Origin: Octopus vulgaris | Taxonomy: Eukaryota | Assembly (NCBI GenBank): GCA_951406725.2 | Contig: OX597815.1 | Location: forward strand, 116,808,001-116,872,000 | DNA length: 64,000 nucleotides | Direction of reading: 5' to 3' | Shown: positions 51,024 to 64,000 of the stretch, piece after piece | Numbering within the stretch: position 1 is the first letter of the stretch | Layout: each line of letters opens with the position of its first letter | Translations under genes and position numbers: made by a program | The notes under the pieces: model-generated | What the model was told of the DNA's origin: nothing | What the model saw: only the letters and a program-made list of their open reading frames with translations | Databases searched by the model: none

Positions 51024-51965
51024 ATTATTCTTAAACAAGAATATTATTGACAGTGACTTTGTAATGAAATTTTTTAGGACTTCACAAAAGAATGTGGATG
51101 GTGGTGTGTTTTGTTTGTTGGTTTCTTTACTTGTTCTTGTTATTTGGGATATTTCCTGTTTTTATTCGGAAGGTGGGGTTTATAAGCCTGGTATATCGTG
51201 GTTTGGTTAGTTTAGAAAATTTATCTTGTGCTTTGCTGTTCACAAGAGGATGTAAAGTTTGTTGGTCTGTATGTTTCTCTCAAGGTATTCCTTGTTCTAT
51301 AAGCAATTTAATTAATATGTAAAAATTTTAATCCTTTTGTTTTATGGAGGTAAAGTTTAAAGATTATGTATTTATAAATATTTCTTCAATTCTGTTTCAA
51401 ATGTGGGTATTTTATAATATACTATAAAAACAGGAAATACCCTAAATAACAACAACAGCAGTTAAAAAAAAAAGCTAACCAGCTAGAACATACCCCTACT
51501 TACATTCTTTTGTGAATCCCTAGAAAACTTCATTACGAAAAAGTTGACAACCATCTATTAAGTTTTTAATATTAGGCTAAACTTTGAACTTTTAACCTTT
51601 ACATTGTCAAAGCAAAAGATTAAATCCAATCAGACCAAAAATATCTTAAACTTCTGATATATTCTATACCTACCTACCAAAAATATTCACACCTGCTTGC
51701 AAATTTCTGCATACATGAATAAATTCTAAACAATGACATAAATCCAAAGTTAATCTATGAAAATTTCTACAAACACCTTTCCATAATAACTACCCACCCG
51801 AAAACCTAATTAGCACACCACTCAAGCCCATATAGCCAAGGAAGATTTTAACTCAACAGAGACTATATAAAGCCAAGATTAACTTTAATGCATCACAATC
51901 CCACAATTGTTTAATTAGCTGAAACTTCAAAGTCACTGTCAATAATATTCTTGTTAAAGAATAAA
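51024..51965. mobile_element. Rearranged degenerate element with two sets of inverted repeats; possibly Penelope-like
   Basis: 51024-51061 is inverted at 51928-51965 and 51058-51163 is inverted at 51425-51540. Faint peptides: RLINP (- strand, ~51180-51200) and KILTQQRLYKAKI...FK (+ strand, ~51840-51930). Confidence 0.45.
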
Positions 51966-54900
51966 CATACACACACACACACACAAATCATAAAAGTATG
52001 GAACATTTACATTTTGGCTTAGACTTTTTAAATAATAAAATTCTTAGATTCTGATAATGAAGATCCTACGACATAGTAACACATTTATTTATTGTTTGTC
52101 ATAAACAGTTTATAGAAGAAAATCCCATGATAGTATAACTTAAGCTTATTTAATGGTACATTCATTATTATATCAGTTATGATGGGTTTTTGTATTTTGC
52201 ATGTGACATTACTTGGCAATAGTGTCTTCAACATAAAAGCAAATAATTAATTTTTTTAAATTTAATATTGGTTTGAATTATATTTTTGTATCTATCATTT
52301 AACACTTTTTATTTTTTATTTTTCCTTATATATGAAATAATGAGAAGATTATTCTTCCAAAACATCTTAATATCAAAAGATTTGTTTCTTCCTTTTGCTC
52401 AGATATTTTGTTTCGTTCTTAACCTAATTATTAGATGTGACTAAGTTATCGACATGTTTGATTCATTTAACTAATATTCATATTTCATGTGAAACAAAAA
52501 AAGATAATCAATCTGGAAAATGTTTTTTTTTTCTTCTTGTTAAAGCGTCACAAACTGGAACAGAGGAAATACCTCATTATCATCTATTAAGAGAAATTAT
52601 GCGACGAAAAAACCCCAACTAGTTGAAGATGTTGAGAAAACAACTGGCAACCTATCACTCAAAATGGCTGAATTTTTTTCTTCTTCCTTGGTTTCATGTT
52701 GATGTCATGCAAAGAGAACAATAATCTGGAAGAGAAAAACTTTTCCATTGTATTGTTGTCCAATTTTGGAATTTAAAACCAAAACTTGACCAAAATATTG
52801 ACCCTAAATAAACTAAGTTAACTAGAAAATATGTGTTTTAATGAACTTAACAATATTAAAGCAGAGTATATGAATATATAGTAATCTTATATCAAAATAA
52901 CGAAACAAGTTTAATGGAAGGAAAATGTCAATATAAAACTTTAAAGGATTTTCTTCTCATTATCAGCTTAAATTAATTTTATTTCTCTTTATCAAATTGG
53001 CTTCTTTGTTTAAAAAAAAATAACGAAACTAAAAATCTTGCTCCTTCAATAACTATTTATACAAACCAATCATTTCATAACAATTTTGACATCATAAAAT
53101 TATATTAAATAATCATTATATTTACTGTAAGGTGAATGATAATTTAAATCCTTAATTACCTTCAATAAAAAAAATTATATGTTAAAAAGTAATGGTAAAA
53201 CAAATATTTTACTAAATATAACAAGAATACATCAATAAATAATTAGTCAAAACAATTTAAGTTCTAAATGAAAATTTCTTCTACCATAATTAAAATTAAG
53301 TCTTAATTATTGAGTTTTTGTCTATAAATTTGGTTATAAAATTATTTTAAAAGTTATTCTTCAGTAGAAATTTGATTGTTTAATGAAGTAAAATGACTAG
53401 TGCAGTGATGGTAGCCAATATAATACATGGATGCAAAGTTTTTCTTTAAGTCAAAATCCTGTTCTTTCCTTGTGGATTATCATACATGGTGGATTATCTT
53501 CTAAGCCAGCATTAAACAGTGTGTTTTTTTTGTTGTATTCTTGATTATTTCTTTAGTAAATTTACCATTCAGTTGCAATTAATATGTAATTTGTTTAACA
53601 GTCATAAAAATTTGCTGTGATCACACCTCTTCAGTTCGTCTTTCCATGTCATTTTTCTCATTTATATCTGTTGTCTCTTTTAAAACATTCCAGGTTGTTT
53701 TTTTTGCACTCCTAGACAGTATTGCTCATCAGTTTCACATTGCTCAATATATTGTTTTCATAGAAAAAGAATCTATCTTTGTGGAGACTGGTATCTCTCA
53801 ATGTCAACCACAAATAGCCTCCATCTTCTCCTATGATTGTTAAAATTTCCAATTATGATGTGTCTTGCAAGTTAGGAAAGAGTTTTGAGAAGCTGGGAGT
53901 TTGTATACTGACACAAACACTGAAATCATTTCATTAATACAAACACTGAAAGCTGTTGAAATGATTTCAGTGTTTTCATTCTCACTTTTATTTATGACAA
54001 CTGATTCTACTTAAATAGATTCTATTTCATATAAAATCTATTAAAGAGGTATTTCAATAGCTTTGATCTTTCCTAGTCGTATTAAATAATTTCATTCCTT
54101 CCTGACACAAGATATTATGCAGTATATCCCTTTTATAACAACAAAACTATGTAATGTTGAAATAGCATTTTTGTAAACGTTATTTCATAATGTGTACTGA
54201 TATAACTGAACCATAGCAGTTACATCTATTCCTTGTCACACCGATATATGTTGATGATCAGGTTGATATTATGAAATAGTGTAATTATCTAACAAGACTA
54301 TGTTGCCATGCCTGCATAATACTGCCAGTTTGATACAGTCTATTATTATTATCACATGTAAATCTTATAACATTTCTGTTTCTCATGTAATTATAATTTA
54401 ATTTTATGAGACCTATTTTTATCTTTTTGGAGGTTTTCTTTACAATTGCTTCATTTGCATTTTTAAAAAATGGCACTAACATTAAAAACTACCATTATCA
54501 AAAATTCACATAACCAGTTTTCATATTAGCCAATTTACTATCCATATTAATACAAAAATAAAGAAAGATGTAAAACTCATTAAAACTGTTATGTAAATTA
54601 AACACGATCTGTTTTGAATTAATATTTATTTTACACAAGAGAAGATTATAAGGAATTATCATAATATAATTAGCATTTAACTCATATTTGATTTTAAAAT
54701 AATCTCTGTATAGCCAGTTGTCACCTGCAGGTGAGTTTGGCTTGATAATATACACCATGCTTTCACTGAATGTTTGAGGTACCTATAATGTTACAAGCAG
54801 ATATAGACACCCTTTTAGGCCTCACTTACACTTAACCCAGCAGAACTTCCAGGGTGTGACAGCTGGAAGGAGAAAAATATGACTGGTACCCATTACAGCT

Positions 54901-57227
54901 GAGTAGGCTGAAGCAACATGAAATGCAGTGGTTTGTTCAAGGACAAGCCCAGGAATTGAACCTACAACCTTACAATCATGAACCAAACTCCTTAACCATT
55001 AGGCCATGTACCTTCACAAAATAATCACTACTACTTTAATATAGCATGCTTCCTATCTAATCTTATATAAAACTGGTATATTTTAAACTATACAGACAGG
55101 GACGTGTATGGAGGTAATTTTATCCATTTATCTCATGGTTTGATCATTGTTAAGGTTTCTGGTTATTAAGGTTTCCTTACATGAAGGTATGCATCTGATC
55201 CAACAGGATTTGAAAAAAATAGCATTTTAAAGCTTAGAAGAAAATACTCAAATCAAAGTAAGAACAAAATTAAACTAATAAAATTTACAAATATTCTTCA
55301 ATAAGAAAATGACTGCTTTTAATTAATAAAGGTAAATAAACTTAATAAGAATTAGGATAAAATGAATAAAATATAGATAGTTTTGTGTGCAATACTACAA
55401 CTCATAAGAGATGCAATTTTTATTTAAGCTGGACTACAATATCCAAAAGAATTCAAACTAGTTTTAAAGATATGGTTCACATATCTTTTATCTCTTACTA
55501 GTTTCAGTCATTGGAGTGTAGTCATACTGGGCCACAGCCTTGAGAAGTGTAGTTAAAGAAATCAACCCCACTAAATATGTAACCTTTTATTCCTGAATAA
55601 TTTCTAATAATGCAATGATATTTTAACTGGTGGATAAAGAGAATCAACAATTATAACTAAAAGGAATTTCAGAAATAAGTGATCCTATTAACAAGCAAGA
55701 TAGCTCAAACCAATGAGGTTACTCAACCTGTTATAAATAACAGTTAAATCTCACATTCAATCTCCCTCAAATGCAACTCTATGTGTCCTAAGAACACATT
55801 GGATAATTTTGTCCCAGATACATTGTGTTCCAAACAGAGCAGGATGATCATCGCTGAAATACATTTAGTCATAGGTCTGCTTATATAAATGACAAAAGAG
55901 AGAAAGAGGAAATGGAAAATGGAGAGAATATAACATCTCATGAATACTTGAAAGGAATACATGATGATATATCTGCTGTATTAGAGCTGACATAGACCCA
56001 AGATCCTATGTCAGTACAACTACAACAGATCAATGATCAGGCATTCTATTCATGACAATGATTTTTCATTTGTTTTTTTTTTTTAGGCAGATAATACTGC
56101 CTAAATTATCTAAATCTACATCATTAAGCAATGAGATCTTTTTGTTTTCAAGACGCTAAAATGGAATTTAAATGAGATTTGGGTGCTATTCCTAGCAGGC
56201 TCTATTTTTAGCTTGAACTAGAAATATTGTATTGATAGGTGATATCACATTTTTAGAGGATGTGCAATTTAAATCTGACTTCTAGCACCAACAAATTTGA
56301 AATTTAATTGAAAACTTAAAAGAAAAAAACAACAAAAATAAATGAAAAAGACACTTTTGAGAATCATAACCAGCATACAACCAGCATGAAAAGAAAAAGT
56401 ACCAAAATACCCTGTCGTGATTTTACTAATGTTTTGATATTTATTGTTATACTAAACTAAACATTAATTTTTTGTGGTATCAGCAGAAGATACCTCCTAA
56501 TATGCATGTGAACATTAATACAATATTCACAGCTAAAAGAAATAATTGTAAAAGAAGTATGGGGTATCACTAACATTGCTTTTAAACTTACTTTTAAAAG
56601 TTGTTTTTCTTTTTCATGATACTTTTAAAAATCAAAGTGCATTCCTTTAGGGTTTTCACACTTCAGTGACCCCAGTTGTGTAAGACAGTTAGCTTAAGAA
56701 ACATAATTTTCTGTTGTGTGTGAATTTGATCTGATGTATGTATATGATTGGTATGTGCCTTTATTTTTTAAAATCTGCACAAAAAAGTCATATAAATATG
56801 TTTATTTTTAGCTTCAGTAATGACAGGAGGTAATTTTGTTTTAACAGATTGATATATGTAGTCACTTCTTTCAATATCTATATTTTTAAGTGTGAATGGA
56901 TTTGGTAGGTAGAGACTGAAAGAAGCTCATCATATAATCCAATATGTATGTATGTATTGTGTATGCATGTGTCTCTGTGTTTACATTTGCACTTCATTAA
57001 ATATCATTTGCTACAAGAAATAATATTGTTATTTTCCCTGTCAACAAATCCCCTACCAGCTTTGTGCCTTGAAAGTTATATGTAATAAGGGAGCCATTAC
57101 TTGAAAAACAGGTAAGGGTTAGCAACAGGAAGAGCATCCAGCTGTAAAACAATGCCTCAATAATACATTATCTAACCCATGTTAGCTCGGAAAAACAAGC
57201 ATATAAAAGAAATGAATGAATATATTT

Positions 57228-57635
57228 ATTCTTTTACTTGTTTCAGTCATTTGACTGCGGCCATGCTGGAGTACCACATTAATGGGTCTTTTAGTCGAAG
57301 AAATTGACCCCATGACTTATTCTTTGTAAGCCTAGTACTTATTCTATCAATCTCTTTCACCAAACCACTAAGTTATGGGGATGTAGACACACCAACATCG
57401 GTTGTCAAACGATGGTGGCAGTGGGGGAGACAAACACAGACACAAAGACACACACACATAAATACATATATATACAACAGGCTCTTTTCAGTTTCTGTCT
57501 GCCAAATCCACTCAAAAGGTTTTGGTTGGTCTAAGTCTATAGCAGAAGACACTTATCCAAGGTGCCATTCAGTGGGACTGAACCCGGAGCCATGTGGTTG
57601 GTAAGCAAGCTACTTACCACATAGTCATGCCTGCG
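57228..57635 (-). mobile_element. SINE family A, full length
   Basis: Reverse complement of family A. Further partial copies lie at ~14065-14229(-), 39728-39815(+), 46100-46260(+), 47465-47615(+) and 63390-63600(-). Confidence 0.88.
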
Positions 57636-57740
57636 CTATGTATGAATGCATAAATACACACACACATATATATGTAAAATACATAAAAAGTAATAAAAGA
57701 GCAGTTAATGTAACAGCTGACATCACCAGATTATGCCCAA

Positions 57741-57794
<54 letters not shown>

Positions 57795-60504
57795 TATGAG
57801 AGAGAGAGAGAGAGAGAGAATGGTGCAAATAAACAAATATAACTGCTTGAGTTTGATATAGAATATATATATAGATGTAAATAGAGAGAAAGTAAAGACT
57901 GAAAATTGTCAGACAAGTTTAAATATATAGATGTTTATATATTAAAAGAGCAAACATACACGGAGTACAATGACACAGAAAAATAAAAGGGAGAAAGTAT
58001 GGTATTACAAGTCCAACAGCTGTTTCTGGAGGCTCGGAGTTAGTTCATAATGTTAGCAGATATAGTTCACCAGAATTAGCAGCCAGTACGGGAAGCCAAT
58101 AAACATTGGATAAATCCAACTTCTGCCTTTGGAGCGGAGAGATAAAAACTGGCAGATTTTTATCTGGTGGAGTCACCGGAAATGTCAGGCAAGATACCTT
58201 GCACTATTGGTGTTAGAATTTGGGGTTCCAATTCCATGGTAGCCTACTTCAATGGAAGGTTTAATCTATGTCTCATTAATCGTTACCTACTCCTTCAATA
58301 TCTGCTGTAAACATTTAGGCCAGGTTTTCAGCTTGAGAATACACTTCACTCACCTCCTTTTCACCAGTCTTGGACAATCAATAGCCTCAAATAATAAAAT
58401 TTCAAGAATATGTGACTATATATATGTTTGCAAGTGTTTGCATTTTTTTATGAATTGATCACTCTATATATCTATATGCCTCAAAACCTGTCTGTCTTTA
58501 GTAAATAGTTGATTTATTTTGGATCAGAATAATTACCGTAATTAAAATTAAGCTAAGGGAAATAACTCAGATAGCTAATAGCATGAATATGGATAGTATA
58601 TGACTTTTTTTCTGTATGCAAAAATTTATCCACTGATCTGTATGCTTGATTAGATAATACTAAGCACATGAAGTCTTATAGACAGAAACATGATCATAGT
58701 TGTCCCTTGCCTGCAAACAAAAGTCAGGCTGTCCTTTCCTTATACATGTAAATTAACAACAGAAATTAATACTTAATTTCTTGAAATTATCTCCCCTTTT
58801 CTCAGTGAATTTCTAACAATTGCCACTAGGTTGTTGATGTCTTTATACAACTTTAAAATTTTTATAAATTAAGAATTTTTTGTGTAGAATTCAGAATAGA
58901 TCACTTTTCAACTTCACTACTGCCATCACCATTTAACATCTATTTCCCATGCTAGCATGGGTTAGACAGTTCATCAGAAGTTGGCACACCACTGGACTGC
59001 AGCAAGCTACACAGTCTGTTTTGGTAGTTTCTTTGGCAAAATGGCCTTCCTAGTGCCAACTACTTTACAGAGTGCATTGGATACTTTTTATAACACCAGT
59101 ACAGCACCAGTGAGGTTACTAGTAATTCTCCAAATTCATTCCATAGATTTATTTGTATTGTTTCCCTTTTTATTTTTATTATATGTATGTGCATAAGGTG
59201 GCAAGCTGGCTGAACCGTTAGTACATCAGGCAAAATGCTGAACAGTATTTTGTCCATTTTGAGTTCAAATTCTGCCAAGGTCACTTCACGTTTCATCATT
59301 TTGAGGTTGATAGAATAAGTACCAGTTGAGTACTAGGGTCGATGTAATTGACTATACCTCACCCCTAAATTTTAGGCCTTGTGCCAATAGTAGAAAGGAT
59401 TATATGTATGTGTATGTGTGTGTGTTTGCATGTGTCTGTGTGTATGTATGTCTGTATGTTCATATATGTATTTCCTAATTAAATTGATATTGTTTGTTTT
59501 AATGAGTCACTTCCCAGTTGTGACAAGGTTATAAAAAGAAAGCAAACATAAGAGAGAGAAAGAGAAAGAGTGGAAATATTCTGTGTTCTAGAACACATTC
59601 TATAACCATTCGTACTTTGAATTTTAAAAAAAGTTGTTTTTTTTTAACTGACACTGATTTGAAAGTCTTACACTTGTGCTCTCAAAACACAGTTTACCAA
59701 GCAAACATTGAGGCAAGCTACTATTCAACCCATTATTAACTCCAATAGTTATTAGTATAAGCTTGAACCAGAATGGTAAAATTTACATACTCGACTCATC
59801 TTTACACTGTATTTATCTGACATCAACTTCAAGTAGAGAGCTGATTTCCCATCAGAACAATATATTTTCTAAGATAACAATATCAGGTAGGATATACTTT
59901 AATTTTATATTATTTTATTATTTTTCTATGTTTTTAGATTTCTTCCATATTCTCATGAATCATCAGTTCATTAGCATCAATCTTTTTAGTTACCATTTAC
60001 TTCTTTTTCCTGATAATATTTTTATTGTACATTTCTCTAACAACCATATGATGCTTCACTGAGAGATATTTCAAAAGCAATCTCTCATAATTTTGAATCA
60101 TGAAGCTAAGTGTTATCAATTTTGAAGTTATTCATATATGTCTTGCCTGTAACTCCTCTACAGTAAAACACCTGTTCCTGTCCTTCTTTCCTTGTTAATC
60201 CTCAACACCTGGCACAAAGTCACCTCCCTCAACACTCTGCCTAAACTCTGTGAAGGGCCTTGTCTTGTCTTGTGAGTTACTTGGTGACTCTACTCATGGT
60301 GTAGCCACATAAAAAGTACCCAGTATATTCTGTAAAGTGGCTGGCATTGGAAATGGTATCCAGCCATAGAAATCTTGACAAAGCAGACACTGGAGACTAA
60401 CACAGCCCTTTGGATAGTCAGGTCTTATTAAAGCATCCAACTCATATCAGTATTGAAGACAGACATTAATTGACAATAATGATGCTGATGCTGATGTAAA
60501 TACA

Positions 60505-60506
<2 letters not shown>

Positions 60507-60595
<89 letters not shown>
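60507..60595. repeat. (TG)n microsatellite
   Basis: Direct reading. Confidence 0.95.
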
Positions 60596-60598
<3 letters not shown>

Positions 60599-61419
60599 GG
60601 TGAGTGTAGAACAGAAGTTTTGATTCCCAATCATGAGAACCTGAGTTTGACTTCATTATATGGCATCTTGAGGATATATCTTTCATAATGTACTTGGATC
60701 AACCCAAGTCTTGTGAGTGTAGTTAGGTTGACAGAAACTTCATTGAAGCCCATTCAGTGGATTTTACTTTTCATTTAAAGGTCCAGCTATATCATACTGA
60801 TTCTGCCTGAGTATCACATAAGGAGTACATGTATCTGTGGAATACTCAACCACTTATACACACAGACACACACACTGCACAAAATTTACTAGAAGCACAG
60901 TCTATCTTATATTCTTCTGAAGATCTTTCTCTGTAAAGAATTAATGAAGTTCTGCACAATAGAACTTGTGAAACACTGCTTGCAATGAAAATGTAATCAA
61001 GAGAAAGACCCCAGGCTATCATCCAGCCTGGCAAACATTCTCAGTAAGAGAGCTACTTGGTACAACTGAGGTTGAATCTGCCTTTATTTTGGTGACCTTA
61101 GATGTAGTCTCAGGAGAATACATTGCTCTAAGCATCATTCAAAATAGCATCTAAAAACTCATAGTTTATATGTATGTATTATGTTCTTTTCTATTTTTAA
61201 TTATTTGAAGTCTACTTGTTAGGTAGGAGCTTGTTTCTAACAAAGACACAAAGCTCCATCATCAGAATCCTGATAGCAAAAACAATGTCACATTTTGAAC
61301 TTTACTGTTCTGTTTACAGATTGTATTTGGCTGATTTCTTTTTCTAAAAACCCTTGTTTTTCCAGATTGCCACTCTAGCATTTTTTATAACAAAACCAAG
61401 TGCATTAGTCATTATTAGT

Positions 61420-62500
61420 ATAAATGTGATATTCATATAATTTATAATCTAAATATAGAAGCAGGAAGTTTCAAAGTAGTTGTCCATAGCTATCCTCTTT
61501 CTCTTTGATTTTCAGATAGATATTTATATCAGCTGACCTCTATGATGGTACATGCTTTTTCATGTTTGTCTTATACCACAATATCTGGCCTGTTATGTTT
61601 GCACTTGGTAGAAGTTTTGATGGGAACATTCCACCAATATTCTTTGTGCCGATATTCATATAACAGTGGAGTTATTGCAGGTCGGTCTTTTTTTTGGCTG
61701 GCATTGTATATTGTTTTAGTAACAATGTTATATCACATTGGAAGGTAATTAGTACCTTGATGACATTTTGTGCAGCTGCTAATCACTTGTGATGTCTTCC
61801 ACAGACATGTGACATAAATGATATTTTCAGTTGCGTCTTTAGACTCCAAGGGTTTCACTGTCTTCTTTGCTAATAAGGTATTTTGTAACAATCTCTTGGA
61901 CTTGGATTGCAAATGCACAACTTTCAAAATGTGATGTGATATAACGGTCACAAGTTCAAGAAAGGCTTTACTTCATGTCATTATTAGAGTCATCTTCAAA
62001 TCTTAGGGAAACATACCCATGCATAAACTTTTTTTTCTTTTTTTGATAGGCTGAATGTTTAATATTCAGGTCTTCTTTGATGTATTTTAGTCCAGCTGTT
62101 TGGGGTTTATATGGGAGGTTGACAGGAAGAGATTACTTCCTGAGGAGCTCACTATCAACATGTAAGATGTTCTCTTCACTTTTCAGCTCTAAGTTTATGC
62201 ATTTATTTTTCCTGCTATTGTTTAGCAGATCCTATAAGAGATACTATATGACATTTGAGGGCTATTTGCACTGATCTAAAGCATTTACTTCCTTTATCTC
62301 TTCTTTGGTGGATCCTGTCTATATCACTGTGTCTATGGAAGTTTCCAGTTGATGTTAAGATCTTGTGGCTTTTAGTGTTTATGGAGTGGATTTCCTCTAT
62401 AGAAAGTCAAGCGTTCCAAATGTTGGAATCAGAACTGGTATTGCAAATGAATTGTGGAATATGTCTTCTTGTAAGAGGAGTGTTGTAGCTATGAATATGC
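61420..62500 (-). mobile_element. Dong/R4-clade non-LTR retrotransposon C-terminal fragment (post-RT region, CCHC knuckle, restriction-like endonuclease)
   Basis: - strand: FHNSFAIPVLIPTFGTLD..IEEIHSINTKSHKILTSTGNFHRHSDIDR; FAIQVQEIVTKYLISK..LC...VEDI..VISSCTK; EYWWNVPIKTSTKCKHNRPDIVV*DKHEKACTIIEVS..DINIYLKIKEKEDSY. Confidence 0.85.
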
Positions 62501-62774
62501 TATCTTACATAATTAAATACCATATAATTAAATACTATGAACATAACATAATTCTACATACAGCAAGATGTAATACTCCTGTAACATGCCATAAAACACA
62601 ATTTTTGAGTTGTAAATGACTTTTCTGAAACAGTCCAATTATTTTGAAATCTGGTTAACAGAGCTGGCAATTATGAATTATACCCAAAAATGTTGAATAT
62701 TCTTCCATAATTACAAGATTAAATATTAGGGTTATATTTTAATATTATAAACAATATAATATATACATATGCTT

Positions 62775-62950
62775 GGAACAGGTGTGGCTCAGTTCCCACT
62801 TGTTTCAAAGTCAGCAAGATGCTCTTTCTGCTGACTTCCACAACCAAACCAATGAACAGCTGTCTTCCTCTACTTTCCTGCCATTCTCAGATATATCAGC
62901 ATCTTCCACACAAACTGCACCAAGAAACCCCCTAAAGCCAACCTCATTAT
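62775..62950 (-). mobile_element. Hero/NeSL-like non-LTR retrotransposon extreme C-terminal fragment
   Basis: EVGFRGF...GRK...AERASC*L*NK resembles the EVGCRGF...AERASCWLW end of these RLE elements. Confidence 0.6.
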
Positions 62951-63338
62951 GTATATATATATATGTATGTATGTAATATTTTACATTATATATATATATA
63001 TACTTTCTAGGCCATAAATGTGTTCTACTCTTTATTTTATGTTTGTCTAAGTCTCCCATTCAGCTGAAGTTAGATGAAACAGTTGCTGTACTGAAGATGC
63101 CTTCTCTTAGACAATTAGACTATCTTTTCTTTTAGGGCATGTCAGTTTTGTATGATTGATTCTTCAGATTACCTCCCCTTCTAATCTGGCGTTGCTCCTC
63201 ATTACCAATTAGCAATTGTTCTGTCATCTTAGGAAGCATAGAAAATTTCAGTAAATCAAGAACATAAATTGTATGATATTTAATATGCCATCATTTGTTT
63301 ATGTACCACTTGCTACTCTCAGATATTTACCTTAGCTC

Positions 63339-63394
<56 letters not shown>

Positions 63395-63591
63395 TGTTTC
63401 AGTCACTTGATTGCAGCCATGCTGAAGTACCACTTTGAAGGAGTTTAATTGAACAAATCAACTCCAGTACATAGTTTTTTTAAAGTTTAGTACATACTCT
63501 AATGTTTTCTTTTGCCAGACTACAAAGTTATGGAGTTGTAAACAAACTAACACCAGTCGTCAAGTAAGGCAGGGGGAATATTAACAGAAAG

Positions 63592-63628
<37 letters not shown>

Positions 63629-63851
63629 CATATATGTATATAATTCAAATAGAGGTTATATTGGCCTCATGAAGGGATGGTATCATCCAAGGAAATACTG
63701 GTTCAATACCTAATATATTTGGTGGCAGTTTAATATCCATAAAATAATAGGTTTATATATAAACGATGGTTTATAGTCATGCAAATGAATAAGAAAATGG
63801 AGATATTGAAGTTAATAAGAGTTTATTATCAGCAAAAAAAGCGATCATTAT

Positions 63852-63931
63852 CTCTTACAGCTGTTTCAATTAAGCACAGTGAAATTTTAAAATATTAAAA
63901 TCATATATTTGAGATTAATCTCTTCAGAGAG
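63852..63931 (-). ncRNA. Type I hammerhead ribozyme motif with canonical core (Penelope-like-element type)
   Basis: The - strand reads ctct-CTGAAGA-gattaa(41-nt loop)ttaatt-GAAA-cagctg-TA-agag: stem I ctct/agag, stem II, palindromic stem III ACAGCTGT and a GUA site. Confidence 0.75.
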
Positions 63932-64000
63932 GGAAAGAATAAACCCTTAGAAATACTATGTGTTACTTGTTTGAATCATCACAGCAGACTGAATTTAAAG

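Noticed and set aside
53600-53900. Possible nested-gene exon or LINE remnant on the - strand
   Set aside because: All frames are interrupted, and the faint RRWRLF resemblance to LINE C-termini is insufficient.
61220-61272. CTGATGA followed by a ggagct/agctcc hairpin on the - strand
   Set aside because: The GAAA lies inside the loop rather than after the stem, so hammerhead topology is not satisfied.

Overview
This is AT-rich, microsatellite- and SINE-rich animal genomic DNA. The repeat families resemble those of Octopus/coleoid cephalopods (inferred, not searched). The window lies inside one large + strand gene encoding tandem I-set immunoglobulin domains, most like hemicentin-1. I can splice 15 GT-AG exons between 4735 and 34653 into one open frame of 3069 nt (1023 codons, 11 Ig domains); the gene start and end lie outside the window. 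I found no further exon in the last ~29 kb. The introns hold tRNA-derived SINEs, fragments of RTE, CR1, Dong/R4 and Hero-like LINEs, a full-length dead mariner, a deleted Tc1/mariner element and several MITEs. The most unusual signal is a set of minimal type I hammerhead-ribozyme motifs of the Penelope-like-element kind. Two inverted copies of a U3:A8 variant sit in a near-perfect 472-bp palindrome (13524-13995). A complete canonical-core copy lies at 63852-63931 on the - strand. A 203-bp foldback (35582-35784) has its apex at what looks like ribozyme stem II. All calls were made by eye, and repeat boundaries are approximate unless TSD/TIR coordinates are given.
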